From positions 35,594,401-35,658,400 of the forward strand of contig CM120641.1 in the NCBI GenBank assembly GCA_051362555.1: DNA of 64,000 nt, read 5' to 3'. Shown piece after piece: positions 13,401 to 40,500 of the stretch (position 1 is its first letter; each line of letters begins with the position of its first letter). The position numbers and the translations under genes were made by a program. The notes beneath the pieces are model-generated. The model did not search any database. It was given only the letters and a program-made list of their open reading frames with translations, and was not told the DNA's origin. The stretch is from Lingula anatina (lineage: Eukaryota > Animalia > Brachiopoda).

Positions 13401-16400
13401 ACAAAATGGACACTTTAATTATGGTTTCATCTATAATAAGGTATATCTTTGTATGGACAGCTTCTCACAATGTCTGCAATGGTTTACAACTTACGTACCT
13501 CTACTTTTGCAGTTTTCCCATACCCAGTCACCTTTTCCTTCTGAAAAATATCCATAAACCTTTGGAATGTTCTCCTGTATTCATCGGTAGTGGTTTCAGG
13601 TTCATTTCCTTCATCAAACAAATCCCCAAGAAAGAGGATGGCATCTGGTTTCACATAATCATACGCAAGGTCAAAGGTTTTCTTCAAGTACCTGTATGAT
13701 AGTGACAGTATCTAAATTTAGTGATAGGTTACAATTAGCAGCATTTAAAAGCATAAGTTTGAGATCTGCCTTAAGGGAAAAGTGCCTTAATTACATACTT
13801 GTAGTAGGCTTGTTAAGGACCAAAAAATGGCCAAACGCTGCATTTTGTAGTACAAATGTCTAACTTGGCATAAATGTTCCTTGGGCCAAAAGAAAATTTT
13901 TTATCCAAAGAGACGCCCTCTATCGATACATTAATTAGCATAAATTATGCAAATTATGTGCCAAAATATATAATATTTCATATTTCCATTAATTTTTGGC
14001 CTAGAAACATGTATAGATTATCAAAACTGACTAAATTAGGGACAAGGAACCCATTTTTGATCATTTGGAAGCAATTGGTGGCCATTTTGTGCCTCAAATC
14101 CAAGATGGCCGCCACCCGCCATTTTGAAAGTGGACATAATTTTGCTATTTTATGTTGAAATTTGAAGCGTTTGGTCTATATATACTTGATATATATATCG
14201 ATTCCTACTATATTGGGGGTGAAAAAGTCATTTTTGATATTGTTTTGGTGATAGTAGGTGATTTGAATGGACAAAGAGGGTGTTTTTAGTGCCTACCAAG
14301 ATATGTGTGAATGCTGCAAAACCATGGATATTGATAACCCGTATTCAAATATATCTCAATGCGATTTTTTGTTATATATCATCGCTACTGGACTATATTA
14401 TGAGCAAAAAAAAAACAAATTTTTATCATTATGGAGGCTATTGGTGGCCGTTTTATCCCTCAAATCCAAGATGGCCGCCAAAAACCATTTTGAACTTGAG
14501 CATAATTCGCTATTTTGAAACTACATGTATTACATCTTTGTAAATGAGTAATACGTCGTTTTATATTATTTTCTGGTGCAGAATACATTATTTGTTTCAT
14601 AAAATGTGAGTACAAACTATTTTATTCTCCAAAACGAATATGCATGTAGGCTCAAGTCGTCAAATAGACTTACATGTGCCATGTAGTCTAATTAGTACAA
14701 AATGTTTTATAAAATCATAAAGAGCTTGAAACAAGTGTAAGAGACCAAAATGGCTTAATTAAAGGTAAAGAACACATACTTGGTGCTTTGGAGACAATTG
14801 GAAGCCATTTTGATCCTCAAATCCAAAATGGCCGCCAGTCACAATTTTGAAATACGGATAAGGCATAACTCATCAATTTGAAGCTATTGTTCTTACACTA
14901 GCATGTTATACATCGTTTCTTATCATTTGGGTTGTAGAAGTCATGTGTCTTATCTCTTCTGAGATATAATACAAAAAGAAAATATTAAAAGGCTCCAACA
15001 CCAATACAGGCTTACGTCTTCACCTTCGCTTGTATACGTCTTGAAGTCAAATTTGTGCAAAAATATGTTATATAACAATTTTAAAATGGTTTTGCCAGAC
15101 ACAGATTAAGTGCAAGAGAACAGCATGGTGGATTCAACTTAATGGTGACTACTGTTAGCTATTCTGTTGTTCATATCGAAGAGCCTGTCTCTATTTTAAA
15201 ATTATGGCATAATTTATCTTTTTTGAGCTATTGGACTTACATATGATCGTAATACATCAATTTTGGAAGTACATAATAATTTCTGGTGTTACTCTGGTGA
15301 CAGAGGATAATAAAAAAGGCATAAGGTGTTTTAAGATGATTCCAAGATGAATATTCCTGTAGTTGTCATATACTGTAGATGTTTTGTGCTTGTTCGTCCA
15401 TTGGAAACAATGAGAACTATGTGGTCGCCTTATGGATTTCTATTGGTAGTGAGATGACTTGTCTGGCCAAATCATGCTAGGAATGATCACTGGCACTGTC
15501 AACTAGGAAAAGAGGCTGCTTCCTCGACTTCTTTGCTTTATCCCTCTTACCTTCCTGCGCAGCTGCTGCTTTCTAGTTGGTTTTGCAGATTCATTCTTTT
15601 GTGTAAAGATACCACTTTCCTCTGATGCGCCATGTTCTCATGCATTAATGTTTCTCTGGAAACTGGATTTTATTATATTGTTTGGCTGTTTCTCATAGGA
15701 CACTGACAAAACCTCAATTCTTACTAGCTGTTGTCTTATTGGCCTACCAGACCTGATCATGCATGTTTCTTTTTGCTGTGCTGCTGGATGATTTTGCAGA
15801 CAAGATCTGGAGCTATTTCAAAGCAAAGTCCATTTGCTTGTCTTTCACGGACATTTACGCATCAACACAACTAACCAAGTTCCATAGTATTATAAGACGA
15901 CACATTTTTCACCCTTCAAATCTTCTGGGCTATATTTAACATGCGAATGAAGCCCCAGTGACTGGGACATAAATGTGCATGTGGCTTTTTGGTTCACATT
16001 GACCAGTAAAAGATTAATAATATAATACCACTATGTATATATATTTATTGCTTTCCTTTGAGTATTCAGTATCTTTTAGTGGATGGTCACTTAAGATAAA
16101 TCTAGATGATATATTTGAGCATGTGGTTTGGGTTCCACATTTTTGTAACAGACTCAACGAAACTCATCTTGGAATTTATTTTACAACCTTATATTACCTT
16201 TTTATTATCTTCTGTCACCAAATTAGCACTGGAAAATTACTTTTGAGCCCCAAGAATAGTGCCATTTTACCTAATACAAGCGAATGAGGGTCCCACAGTT
16301 CAAAGATTATAAATAACACCAAATTATTAAAATAGCGGCATGCAACCATCACTTGGTTTTGATCAAAATAATGGCTAACAATTTTCCTCATGCGGTCAAA

Positions 16401-18436
16401 GATGTATTCTTTTGCTTTAATTCAGCCATTTTGTTTGCTGACACTTGTTTTATAGATCGGCAAAAGCATTTTTGTACTAATTGGATTACTCATTGTACAT
16501 ATAAACTGCAGGCCCATGTAGCAACTGAATCCTATATTTATTTGGAGGCTTATTAAAGTTTCTATTTACATTTTATGAAACCGAAAATGCATTCTGCTCC
16601 AGGAAATAATAAAAAATGTCGTATGGCACGCTTATGAAGGTGTAATAGTTTCAAAATGGTGAAAAATGTTCAATTTGAAAATGGCGTATGAGGGCCATCT
16701 TGGATTTCAGGCACAAATTTTCAGAAACAAATAATGTATTCTGCACCAGAAAATAATATAAAACGACGTATTACTCATTTACAAAGATGTAGTACATGTA
16801 GTTTCAAAATAGCGAATTATGCTCATGTTCAAAATGGTTTTGGCGGCCATCTTGGATTTGAGGGATAAAACGGCCACCAATGGCCTCCATAATGGTAAAA
16901 ATGTGGGTTTTTTTTTGCTCATAATATAGTCCAATAGCAATGGTATATAACAAAAAATTGCATTGAGATATATTTGAATACGGGTTATCAATATCCATGG
17001 TTTTGCAGCATTCACACATATGTGGTAGGCACTTAAAACACCCTCTTTGTCCATTCAAATCACCTACTATCACCAAAACAATATCAAAAATGACTTTTTC
17101 ACCCCCAAAATAGTAGGAATCGATATTTATATCAAATATATATAGACCAAACGCTTCAAAATTCAACATAAAATAGCAAAATTATGTCCACTTTCAAAAT
17201 GGCGGGTGTGGGCCATCTTGGATTTGAGGCACAAAATGGCCACCAATTGCTTCCAAATGATCAAAAATGGGTTCCTTGTCCCTAATTTAGTCAGTTTTGA
17301 TAATCTATACATGTTTCTAGGCCAAAAATTAATGGAAATATGAAATATTATATATTTTGGCACCTAATTTGCATAATTAATGCTAATTAATGTATCGATA
17401 GAGGGCGTCTCTTTGGATAAAAAATTTTCTTTTGGCCCAAGGAACATTTATGCCAAGTTAGACATTTGTACTATAAAATGCAGCGTTTGACCTCTTAACA
17501 AGCCTACTAGAATCTTGTACGTGTTGTGTCCAAAATACTGCTAAATATGATCTAGAAAGTACAACACAAAAGAATAAGCTAAACACAAAAAGCTGAAAAA
17601 AATCAATCTTTCCATTTATTATCACTTGCCTGTCACAATCCCATCTTGTAATAATATTTTCTCTGCGATACCCAAGCAGCTGAGGATCAGCTACCAACAG
17701 GAATAATGTCTGTTTTTCTGGGAACCAAAACCTAAAACCAAAAGAGCAAGCATACACATATTTGTGTTATCTGTTGCTGGAAATGAAAATGCCATTATTA
17801 GTTTCAAGAATTTCTCATTCATCATAGCAGCTATCAATACAATTCTAACAGGTTTGTGAAGCTACAGCAAAAGACTGTACAATGCTGTCCAATCTTTCTT
17901 CAAAGGTGACAATCAGTCATTTTTAGCCAACACAACTTTAAGTTAGTAAGTCCAACCACAGCAGGGTTTATAAATATAATGATGGTCTGCTTAACCCAGG
18001 TAGAAAAGCTTAACCACCTGTTGACCATGCACCACGACTGATGCTGAGGCAAGTCAGTTGCCAACAGATCAGATTCCTTTAGTGAGCTGCATGTCCAAAA
18101 GAAGTAGTAGATTGGTCTTTTTTCTTTCCAGAAAAATATTTGTTTGGTGTGGCAGCTCTGAAAAGGATTTGGTCTGATAGAATCAGTCAAGTTATGACAG
18201 AAGTCTCGAATGAGAAAGCGTAGAAGACAAGGCTGTGATTTTTCTAAAATACCCAGTTTGGGTTGGTCCATTTAAAAGGTTTACCTCGCACTTTCTAAGT
18301 CGATCCATCTCTTATACTGTGCATAATACAGGCCATACTCATTGATGAACACAGTTAGTATTACAATGAGGGCAGTGCCTAACTCCAGTGGATGAGACCT
18401 CACCCTTCTCTTGCAGTGGTACAGCCATGAGACCAT
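10418..18436 (-). CDS. Cdc1/MPPE1-like metallophosphoesterase (GDND subgroup), about 366 aa, N- and C-terminal TM segments
   Basis: Phase-consistent exons: 18436-18285 (MVSWLY...FINEYGLYY), 17731-17630 (LLVADPQLLG...RWDCDR), 13691-13499 (PDAILFLGDLFDEG), 13309-13175 (GDNDIGGE), 12329-12189, 11503-11453 (LILSGDTH), 11106-10920 (VPSCSYRMG), 10557-10418 (LWLPSR...CRCLRRC*). Intron 17629-13692 is GC-AG. Confidence 0.88.
11574..11886. mobile_element. 313-bp MITE with ~95-bp TIRs (CAGGCCTACCCAACT) and 5-bp TSD
   Basis: CAGGCCTACCCAACTTCCAGACTCGGCAC... pairs with ...GTGCCGAGTCTGGTAGTTGGGTAGGCCTG. TCTAT flanks both ends (11569-11573, 11887-11891). Confidence 0.9.
12604..13030. mobile_element. Older MITE with ~80-bp degenerate TIRs, carrying a nested MITE
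   Basis: AGGGACTCTCACTGAATGCAATCAGA pairs with TCTGATTGCATTCAGCAAGAGTCCCT, and weaker pairing continues inward. A solo copy of the same end lies at about 8036-8063. Confidence 0.75.
12704..12915. mobile_element. Nested 212-bp MITE with CAGG(A/C)CTTATAAA termini
   Basis: CAGGACTTATAAACAGATTAGGCGTTTACT pairs with AGTAAATGCCTAATCCATTTATAAGGCCTG. Flanks GAAAC / AAAAC form a 5-bp TSD with one mismatch. Confidence 0.75.
13802..17509. mobile_element. 3.7-kb non-autonomous foldback DNA transposon with ~800-bp TIRs (possibly Academ-like)
   Basis: 13802-14598 is a near-identical reverse complement of 16724-17509, and the mirrored track ORFs confirm this. Both ends read TAGTAGGCTTGTTAAG. The arms are built of ~360-bp units carrying CAA(G/A)ATGGCCGCC. 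No intact transposase. Superfamily is inference. Confidence 0.9.
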
Positions 18437-19546
18437 GTCATTTCATGGGTGGCAACAGGTAAAGGCACTAGAAAATAGCAAAAAATAAAACTCGTGCAAA
18501 ATAAAATTCCTACACTGTTACCGATTTAAATAGACTTCCATGATAATGCAGTGCAGTTATTAATATACATGCCATTAAATGAATCAATCATTTTAGAACA
18601 ATTAATGATCTTTGCTAAAATGTGTTATTGTGGGCACAATTCAAAATTTATTATCACAGACATAACTTACAGGTGTCACTATCTATTCTCCCTTCTTTGT
18701 CACCTTCAACTGAGGCACACAGCTGAAAGCAAATTAAAGAAAAGTAAAGGTTTTTACCACCAAATATGACAAGTTTGCATGAAATCCATTCACACCTAAT
18801 AACAATATCATCAAGGTCTATCTATCAATCCCACTGACAAATTTCACTTTCAATTTTGGATGGTCAGTCATTCATTACTGAGTACTGAATCATTATATTA
18901 TAAATCGAATGAAATATCGAATGCAAGCGCAGGGAAAATGATTTGTTAGAAGGAGAAAATTGCTCCTTCCCCATAGAAAATTTATTTTGGCGGGTAAATC
19001 CCTACCTAAAAGGGCGCCTTATATGTTTAAGACCTTCAACTAAGCGACAGACTTGAAGCGTCATGAATAGCAGAATGCCGCTACAGTGTTAGGTGGCACA
19101 GGCACTATAAATGTCTATGAAACTGTCCACTACTCCTTACCACCTAATTTTTTTTAACAAATTTCAATCTTCTCCGCTATAATGATTCTGGTGAATGTCG
19201 TCCTTCATGATATAGTAACAGCTCAACAACTCTGACCATTTTCTGAACTGCAGCAACTGACGTCGAATGTAATTATCCAAGAAAAGCCCATCCAAAATTT
19301 GAGAAATTACTCATGACAAAGAACAAGCAAAACACGTGTACTTTTGTTTGGAAAATACTTAGGGATTACAGTGTTCTTATCCAAATTGTTCTTCACGGTA
19401 ACCAATTATGATAAAAATTACATCAAAATATAACAAATACTACATTTACACTGATTTGGCGACTCTTCATTTCAAAATCAGTAGAGACAAATGTTAAAGC
19501 AAGCAATGTTTGAATTTGTAAAACAAAACCAATGTTTTTTTTAAAG

Positions 19547-19552
19547 TTTATT
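19547..19552 (-). terminator. Candidate polyadenylation signal of calcineurin A (~2.4-kb 3' UTR)
   Basis: AATAAA on the minus strand followed by U/GU-rich sequence, just before the likely 5' end of the MPPE-like gene (minus-strand donor GTAAGG at 19140). Confidence 0.35.
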
Positions 19553-21981
19553 GATCAACACAAAGTGTACATTAATAAACACATGCATCATTTACAACAA
19601 TAACATGACAACTGACAAAATAAGTACTATGGGAAGTGAGAGCATTGAAAAAGTTGGGTCTAGATAATGGGAAGTCCTATAATCCAAACTAAAGAGTATG
19701 AACAATGAGCTCAGAATCAATTTAAACATACAGATTAAGTTAAAATTCATAATTTTTCCTCTGTGGACATTCCAGCAAAATTTTCATCGTTTTATATTTC
19801 AGTAAACTGTCTCTTCTAGCAGTGTGATATTGACAAATACCTTGCCAGATATCTCACAATGAACCTAAAGCTGTATATAAATGGACTGAAATAATTACAA
19901 GGGCCTGTTAAATAAACTAGCTTACAAGACCTGTATTACCATAAACCCAGTATTTGAAAAATGGTCACTGACCTGGATTACCATATACCCAGCATTCAAT
20001 GGTAAAAAGTTATAGCAACGTTTAAAAAAACTCAGTATGCAACATACCAGCTGCAGTAGAACCCATGTTGAAGTAGCACAAATAAAAAACCACAATTGTG
20101 ATCTCTTAAAATGCCTTCCTACCAAGCAACTGCAGTTGATATGGAATACTGTATCACAACATATTAATAATAATAATAATAGTAATAACTGTAAATTTAC
20201 AACACTAATAATTGCTTTAAAATTTTTTTGGGGAAAAAAAGACCTGTTAGCACTTCACAATTACAATTAAGAAGCATTTTCAAATCGCTCAAAAGTAATA
20301 GGATGGGGACTCGAGTTTAAATTGTCCTCTATGAATGGTCTCCTTCTAGTGGGCAAAGAAAAATATGAAGTCTCCTATGGCGAGAATCATACCAGTTATA
20401 TACTTAAAATTTAGAAGCAATGTTACTATTTGTCAGTTTCCTTTTCTCCCTTCTGCAAATTCACTGATGTGTTGTTGTGTTGTCAAGAAATAAGCTGCCT
20501 CTTTTGCCCTTTGTTTTATTCAGACTTTGCTGTATAATCCGAGCAGAGGAATAATATTGCACCTTGGTCATCTACTGGTCAGCACAACACCAACTGATCA
20601 GCACAGATTGTCCATTTATCTGCCCACACAACTCTTTCAGTCTGCCCACACATTACAGACCACAAAATCAAGTTTATGTTGGCTTTAACTGGTGGCATGT
20701 TTTTGACCACCTCCAAACTGCCATCTTGCAAACATATTGACATGTACAAAGGATACTGCCATGAAAGTCTCAACTGTTTTAACCTGTTTAAATGCATAGG
20801 TGAAAAAAGATTCTATATTCAAATGGCAAGACACAGTACAAAATGAAACATTCCATGAAAACCACAATAATCTACATCAATGCCATAAGAAAAAAGTTAG
20901 ACACCAGAACAAGTAGGCTTGATTTTAATCAGCAGGTCACAATGACCTTTTCTAACCAAGGTCAACATGAGCTAGGTTTATTAGGTCAAGTCACCTGGAG
21001 AAAAGTGTATCATAATGGCCTGAATTGACACTTGAAACAGTTTGCGGTTTTGTTCTTCTATCCCCCTCAACTCTCAAGCTCTATTTTGTGCCTTACTGAC
21101 ACAGTAATAGAGCAAAAACATTTACATAGCATGCAAAGAAAATAAAGAGGATCTGTTTCAAAAATACACTTAGGAGCTTGCAAAGACCTGGCAATAAATA
21201 TGCCAGTCTCAAATGATACTGTTACTAAGCTCATATTGGCTAATGTACATTCCTTTGTTAATACATCTTTAACAATGTAGAAAAAAAAATTTATGGAAAC
21301 ATGGAATAGAAATAATAAGCTCTCTTAATGCCATACTGCTTTGATCAGTTGATACCCAGTTCCTTTTGGCTACCCTTATACTACCCTCTACTGGTATGTT
21401 ATTCAATACAGTTTAGTTATGTACAAGACTGTACAGATTTCTACTGTTGGCCGCAATACAATGTTCTACACCAAAGCTAATGAAAAATTAATGATCATTT
21501 TCTTAGAACAATGAAAATAACAGCATAAATCTTTAAGAACCACCATTAACGATAAAACGGCAGAAACGTTTGACCTCAGTAATAAGAATGTTATTATCCA
21601 AACAACTCAAAATGTCTGTTACCACAGTTAAAGCTGAAATCGAAGCTATCAAAATCATCAGCACTGTGGCAAGCTCTTACTCCACAGCCTGTCCTCTGGA
21701 TATCAGCACTGTACCATGCATGCCCCACAGGTGACAGCACTGCTCCCATGGGTGTATATGGCACTGGGACGTGTGCAACTGAACACCTATGACAATAGCG
21801 ATTGTTCCTTCTGCTGTTCTATTTCATATCTGCTATCCTTGGTGCAGAGTTCACACTTCAAATGTGACTAGAACAACCCATGGAGAAAGTGAAAATTGAG
21901 AGATTGGAAGAGAGATAGCAATGGGGGGTTGGCTAAGAGAACAGGGCAGCAGCAGTAGCAGCACTGATAGTCTACTATAGC

Positions 21982-35447
<13,466 letters not shown>

Positions 35448-35549
35448 GGTAAAGCTGTTTGAATGGAATTTCCACTATTTTTTTCAGATGATGGTCAACA
35501 GGCAGCTTGATTTTGGAGGATAGCAACTAAACCTTCCACAGTAGTTCCC

Positions 35550-35559
35550 AAGATGGCGT
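35550..35559. promoter_or_regulatory. YY1-type motif (CAAGATGGCG) in the CpG-rich 5' region of calcineurin A
   Basis: Lies about 100 bp upstream of the ATG in a CpG-enriched stretch. Confidence 0.4.
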
Positions 35560-37546
35560 AAACAAAAATTCATTTGCATAGATTTTCCACTGCGCAGAAG
35601 CGAAGCGCATCCAAGAACTTACTAAAACGTAGATTTCACTCCTTCCGAAACGCGGAAAGATTTTTTAAAGAGGAAAGCGGCAGAAGTAAGATAATTGCAA
35701 ATAAATTAGTAAACACAAAAATAACTCAAGTAGGAACGCTGTACCAAGTCAGCCAACGGCTGAGTCATTAGCCTGAACAATGCCCGACATCTTGAGGGAT
35801 TTAAGAGTAAAGATGGACTTTTTAAACACTTTTTGCGTACATCAAAAATGTAGTTTTTAAGCAGAACACAGCAAAAGATGTCGTAATACAACTGAAATGG
35901 AAAAATGGGAAATTTCATTGCGTTTTTGTACTAAATTCTGATTTTAAAAAGAGTCTAAATTACTGATGATTTAACAGCAATAACTTATTATGGTTAAAAA
36001 AAATAATAAAAAAACAGGTGAAAAAGACGTAGGCCTGACACATGTTCTTCATTGGATAAACAGACAAAATATTGTTTATCTTGTTGGATAAACAATATTA
36101 TATAACAAACGTAACCCGATATACAACAAGAAAAAGGGAAATAATTTACAATTTTTATACTCATAAGGGTAGCAAAAAAAGATGATTGGGTAAAAACACG
36201 ATTTGATTACGTAAGACTTGACTGGTTATAACCTAATCACTGAAATGCTTAGTCCACCTCTCTAGTACATCCTAGTACCTACATCATCTGCGACTGTTGT
36301 CTCAGTGAATTTCAAATATTACAAAATTAATACGACGTATATTAACATAAACGCCATGAGATGCACGAAAAGAAATAAAAGGAATAAGCACATGCAACAA
36401 CCATGCACCCTTTTCTACCTCGCTCCCTCCCCTTCTCTCTAACGTCCTTACGAAATGACACCAGTATCACCACAGAATGTCTCTGTATATATGGGACATT
36501 GTACTATTGGCCCTTCAGCGGCCCATTCCCGTTTCGCACCAGTTTTCTGTGTCGCGCCAGTTTGCAGTTCGGGAAAATGACAGGTTTTAAATAGACTGAT
36601 TATTACGCAAGAGAGGTGCAGTGAGTTACACGTGGAAATACCCTTGACAATGGATGGCAAACCGCGAAACAAGCGAAAGAAATCCTCTAAAAGGAGGTCC
36701 AAAACATTGGCCGCTTTTGTTACAGTCCCTACATTATTAATTTATCCCTGTTCAAAGTATAGGCTCTGCAATTTAATTACATTTCAAAGTGAAAACTTTA
36801 ATTCACCTTAAGTTAAAATATTTTGTGAAACGGGCCCCTGACAGTTATTTTACGATCTTTACTCAAGAAGAACCAATCTTCACTCCTTGTGTGCCTTTTG
36901 GTTGGCTTCCTATGTTTTTTTACGCAGCCAGTTGCGATAGGCCCCTAATGCATCCAGTACTTGACAAGAAATGCGCGATGTGATTACTAGGGAAAGGGAA
37001 AAAAGCACTTGGACATGTGTTATAAAGGCTATTTCAATTTTTTTCGGGGGCTTTTGGAAGAAAAAAAGTTTGTCCCTGTCCCTTATCCTAATTCTTGATA
37101 ACCCCTCCACACACACGCACGCGCACACACACATAGGCCTACGCGCCCACATACACTGTAGGCTACACATACACACACACACACGTCAGCCCTTTTTTTA
37201 AGAAGGTAAATCAAAAGCACCTGGAAGCACGGATAAGGGGAATCTTTAAAAAAAATCGCGACTCATCGTCCCTATTTTCTTGTGATGACTGGTAGGCCTA
37301 CTGGGGTAAGGCGCACTCTGGTTTGTGAGGATGATAATCCCAGAAAGTTGACGCAACGATCTTATTTAGCCAAATCGATGATTTATTTTAATGTGTATAT
37401 TTGTTTCTGTCTTGCTTCTGGGTTTTCCATTTTTTTAACGTAATTTCGAAAGAGGCTGCACCTTTACAAGGTTTACAGACCGTATTTATAGGTCCAAGCA
37501 TTAAGGGACCCATTCCCGATTTTTGTTTAACCCCATTCTGTGCAAC

Positions 37547-40500
37547 ATGGCGGCCCCCATAGAAGGCCGAGCGCGAAGTTCAAAAAGTAGGTCTTTTCCT
37601 TTGTACACGGTAGATGCTTTTACCAACAAACCGTTCGCGGGTAACCCTGCAGCAGTGTGCCTGGTAAAACATGATCAGGTAAGATTTTGAGCATTGCAAA
37701 CTCGTTTTATTGGACAACATCTGGACCGGAGAATTGAATGACAAGTGCATGTCACTGTTTATCACTGTTATTATTAAAGGTACATACGAACGTGGATTCC
37801 CATTTACACATATTCCCACTTCTACTAGCTTCTTATACGACTCAAATAAATTCGACATGCGAAGGGATAAACTGAATAGATCACTTGATCAGCCGTAAAA
37901 GAGCTTTAGACTGCTCCATGGGGCATAACTTCATCCCTGAAGAAGACAGAGTATTTGGGCTACAATCTTGTGCCATCATTTTGGTTAAAATATTTTTGTT
38001 TTGGAGATTTTCATTAAACACAGGCAGTATTTTGCTTTATCAATGATGTAATCTGAACTAAGAATTTTAAGAAAAATTGCTGGCAGCATTTTGGAGCACT
38101 AAATGGTGTCTTTTAGTTTAAATTGGTGTTAAAATGGTGTTTGTGGGTGCTCAGTTAAAGGAAAAATTAAAGGAAAAAGTTTTTATCCTGAAATTGCAAT
38201 TATCACCTGTAAGATGACGTGTGTAAATGTTAATTAAATATAGTCACTGAACATGGAAGATTTATCTATTACCCCAAAGAATGTATTTAAGGCAGTAAAT
38301 AAGGAGTTTTGAGTAAAGGGTGAAAATATCCTCAACAGTGTTAATTCTTACAGTCTGGCTGACAACGCACATCCTAGTAATTGGCAAGTCCACCAGAAAT
38401 GGGGTAAAACAACTAAAAATACATGGTGGATTACATATACTTCTACGTTAAAGTTGTCATAATTTATTCGATGATATCACACTTCTCAGTGCTTGACCGC
38501 TTGTGTCAGGGAGGATGAGCTATTTATCTGGTTGATTTCCCTTGTCGGCCTTCGTAATTAACTGCTGCACACCTTGTTAAGAGATAAAATCTATCTAACT
38601 GCCAATCGTTATCTGTGATCAGGAATCTTACAGCAGTAGATTGCAAAGACTCATTTGCTTACCTGGATGAGCATAATATTCACATCTCCTCAAAGAGAAA
38701 GTCCTCAGGAAGCAACTGATTTTATCAAAGAAGGTGTCAATTGTACTTAAAATGTTGACGTTGCATTGTTGGCAAAGTGAGGGGAAAACTTTAGCTGGAT
38801 TATACTGTTACTGTTTTTCTCTGAGTCGCTCATACACCAGTGATGCAGGTACAGATTAAAGCAAAATGGTGAAAGCTTGCTGTGTACCAGGCTGCACTGC
38901 CAACACATTTTTAAAATCTGATAGGAATTTTTTTTTTCTTTTAATTTCCAAAGATGAACAGAGGAGGGAGCAACAGTTACAGGCTATAGGTCATGCACAT
39001 GTGACAAAAGATGGTGTTGTTGATCAAAACAAGATTTGGTCTCCTACTACTCCTACTACAAGATTTGGGTATGCATTTTGTAAAAGCTGTAAATATATCT
39101 ATCTAAATCAATTAGCTAAGGAGTAAAATCGGGGAAAAAAGTTGACATAAATTAGGAGACCTTTACTTGTCAAATAACATAACTTTATTACTGTTTGTTA
39201 TTCAATTAAAAAAAAAATGTGTTTTGAAACTTAAAGGTTTTGTCTTCCAGGCTATTTCAACAACTTTCGTACCAGAAAATTGCACATTAAAATTGTATTT
39301 AATATCAAGCGTAGCTGCAAATATAAATACTGGAAATACCAATGTCTTCTCTTTGAAAAGGTTGGCAAGCTAGTTTTTATGCTGTCCTCCCAGGCTTGCA
39401 TTAATACATGTATACAGGCCAAAAGTAGCCATGGGACTGAAGCCAAAGCCTTGATAACATGCTCCCACCCCATTCCCTCTGGCTTTACCAGCACCAGGTG
39501 ATTTAATCACAATTTGTGTTAATCTTATAATAATGACAATTATTCTACTAGTAATTACTTCTCAGTGCTGCACATTTTTCAAGCTTCCAAATGTTCTGCA
39601 TTTGAAAAAATGCCATTTTATTTCGGTAATGACACATACTATTAGGGTTGACACTTGGGTATGCAGTTTAGGTCCCTTTTATGCCGTATACCCAGTAACT
39701 TGGCTGCATTTATGAGGACCCTGTTGGAAGATTTTCAGTCGGGTCACTATATGATAGTCACAGCTAATGCAAGTTTAGAATTAGTATATGTATGTTATGA
39801 ATAATTTAGGAAGTGACATTTTTTCTTCAAAGTTAATGGTTGCTTTGAATGAGATATTGTTTTACCAGCAGTAGCAATAATGTTCTGCATTTGAAAAAAA
39901 TGGCATTTTATTTTACCACCACATGTACTATTAGGGTTGACACTTGCTTATGCAGTTAAGGCTGGTCTTATCCCATAACCAGTAACACAGTAGCTAATTA
40001 CCAAGGCCTTTACTGATTTTGAAGAATGTATATCTACTATCTGAATGATATAAGTAAAAATAACAGTAAAATTATGTTTAGCGAGCATGTTTCTCTCAAT
40101 TCAGGCTCTTTAATACTTTGCTTTCTTCAAAGCTCTCCCAGCATGCCTGTTTACCCAATTAATAGATCTCCCAAAGACCAATTAGTCTTCATTTCTGACT
40201 GAATGTCTATTTTCCTTTTTTGTTTGTCACAAACTGATAAAGATGGGTCTCTTGTAAAGCTTTGCTTTATTCATTGTAGATTTTGCCATTTATGTACATG
40301 TATGTATTTTTTAATCAAAGCATTAGATACATAAAGTCTTAAGTACAACTAATAGAATTATAAAATCTTGACAAATCGTTGAACAGAGCTACTTTGTTTA
40401 AATGTTTATTATAGTTTTTTTTTTTTTCCATACAGGTTCTTGATGATGAAACCATGCAGAAGCTAGCAACTGAAATGAACTTATCTGAAACAGCATTTGT

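Noticed and set aside
15360-16150. Possible transposase remnant in the foldback core
   Set aside because: The minus-strand frames I translated are riddled with stops and show no recognisable motif. BLASTx would be needed.
13874-17363. Mirrored ORFs of 66-121 aa (KSKMAA motifs)
   Set aside because: Translations of the transposon TIRs. KSKMAA is simply the CAAGATGGCCGCC DNA motif.
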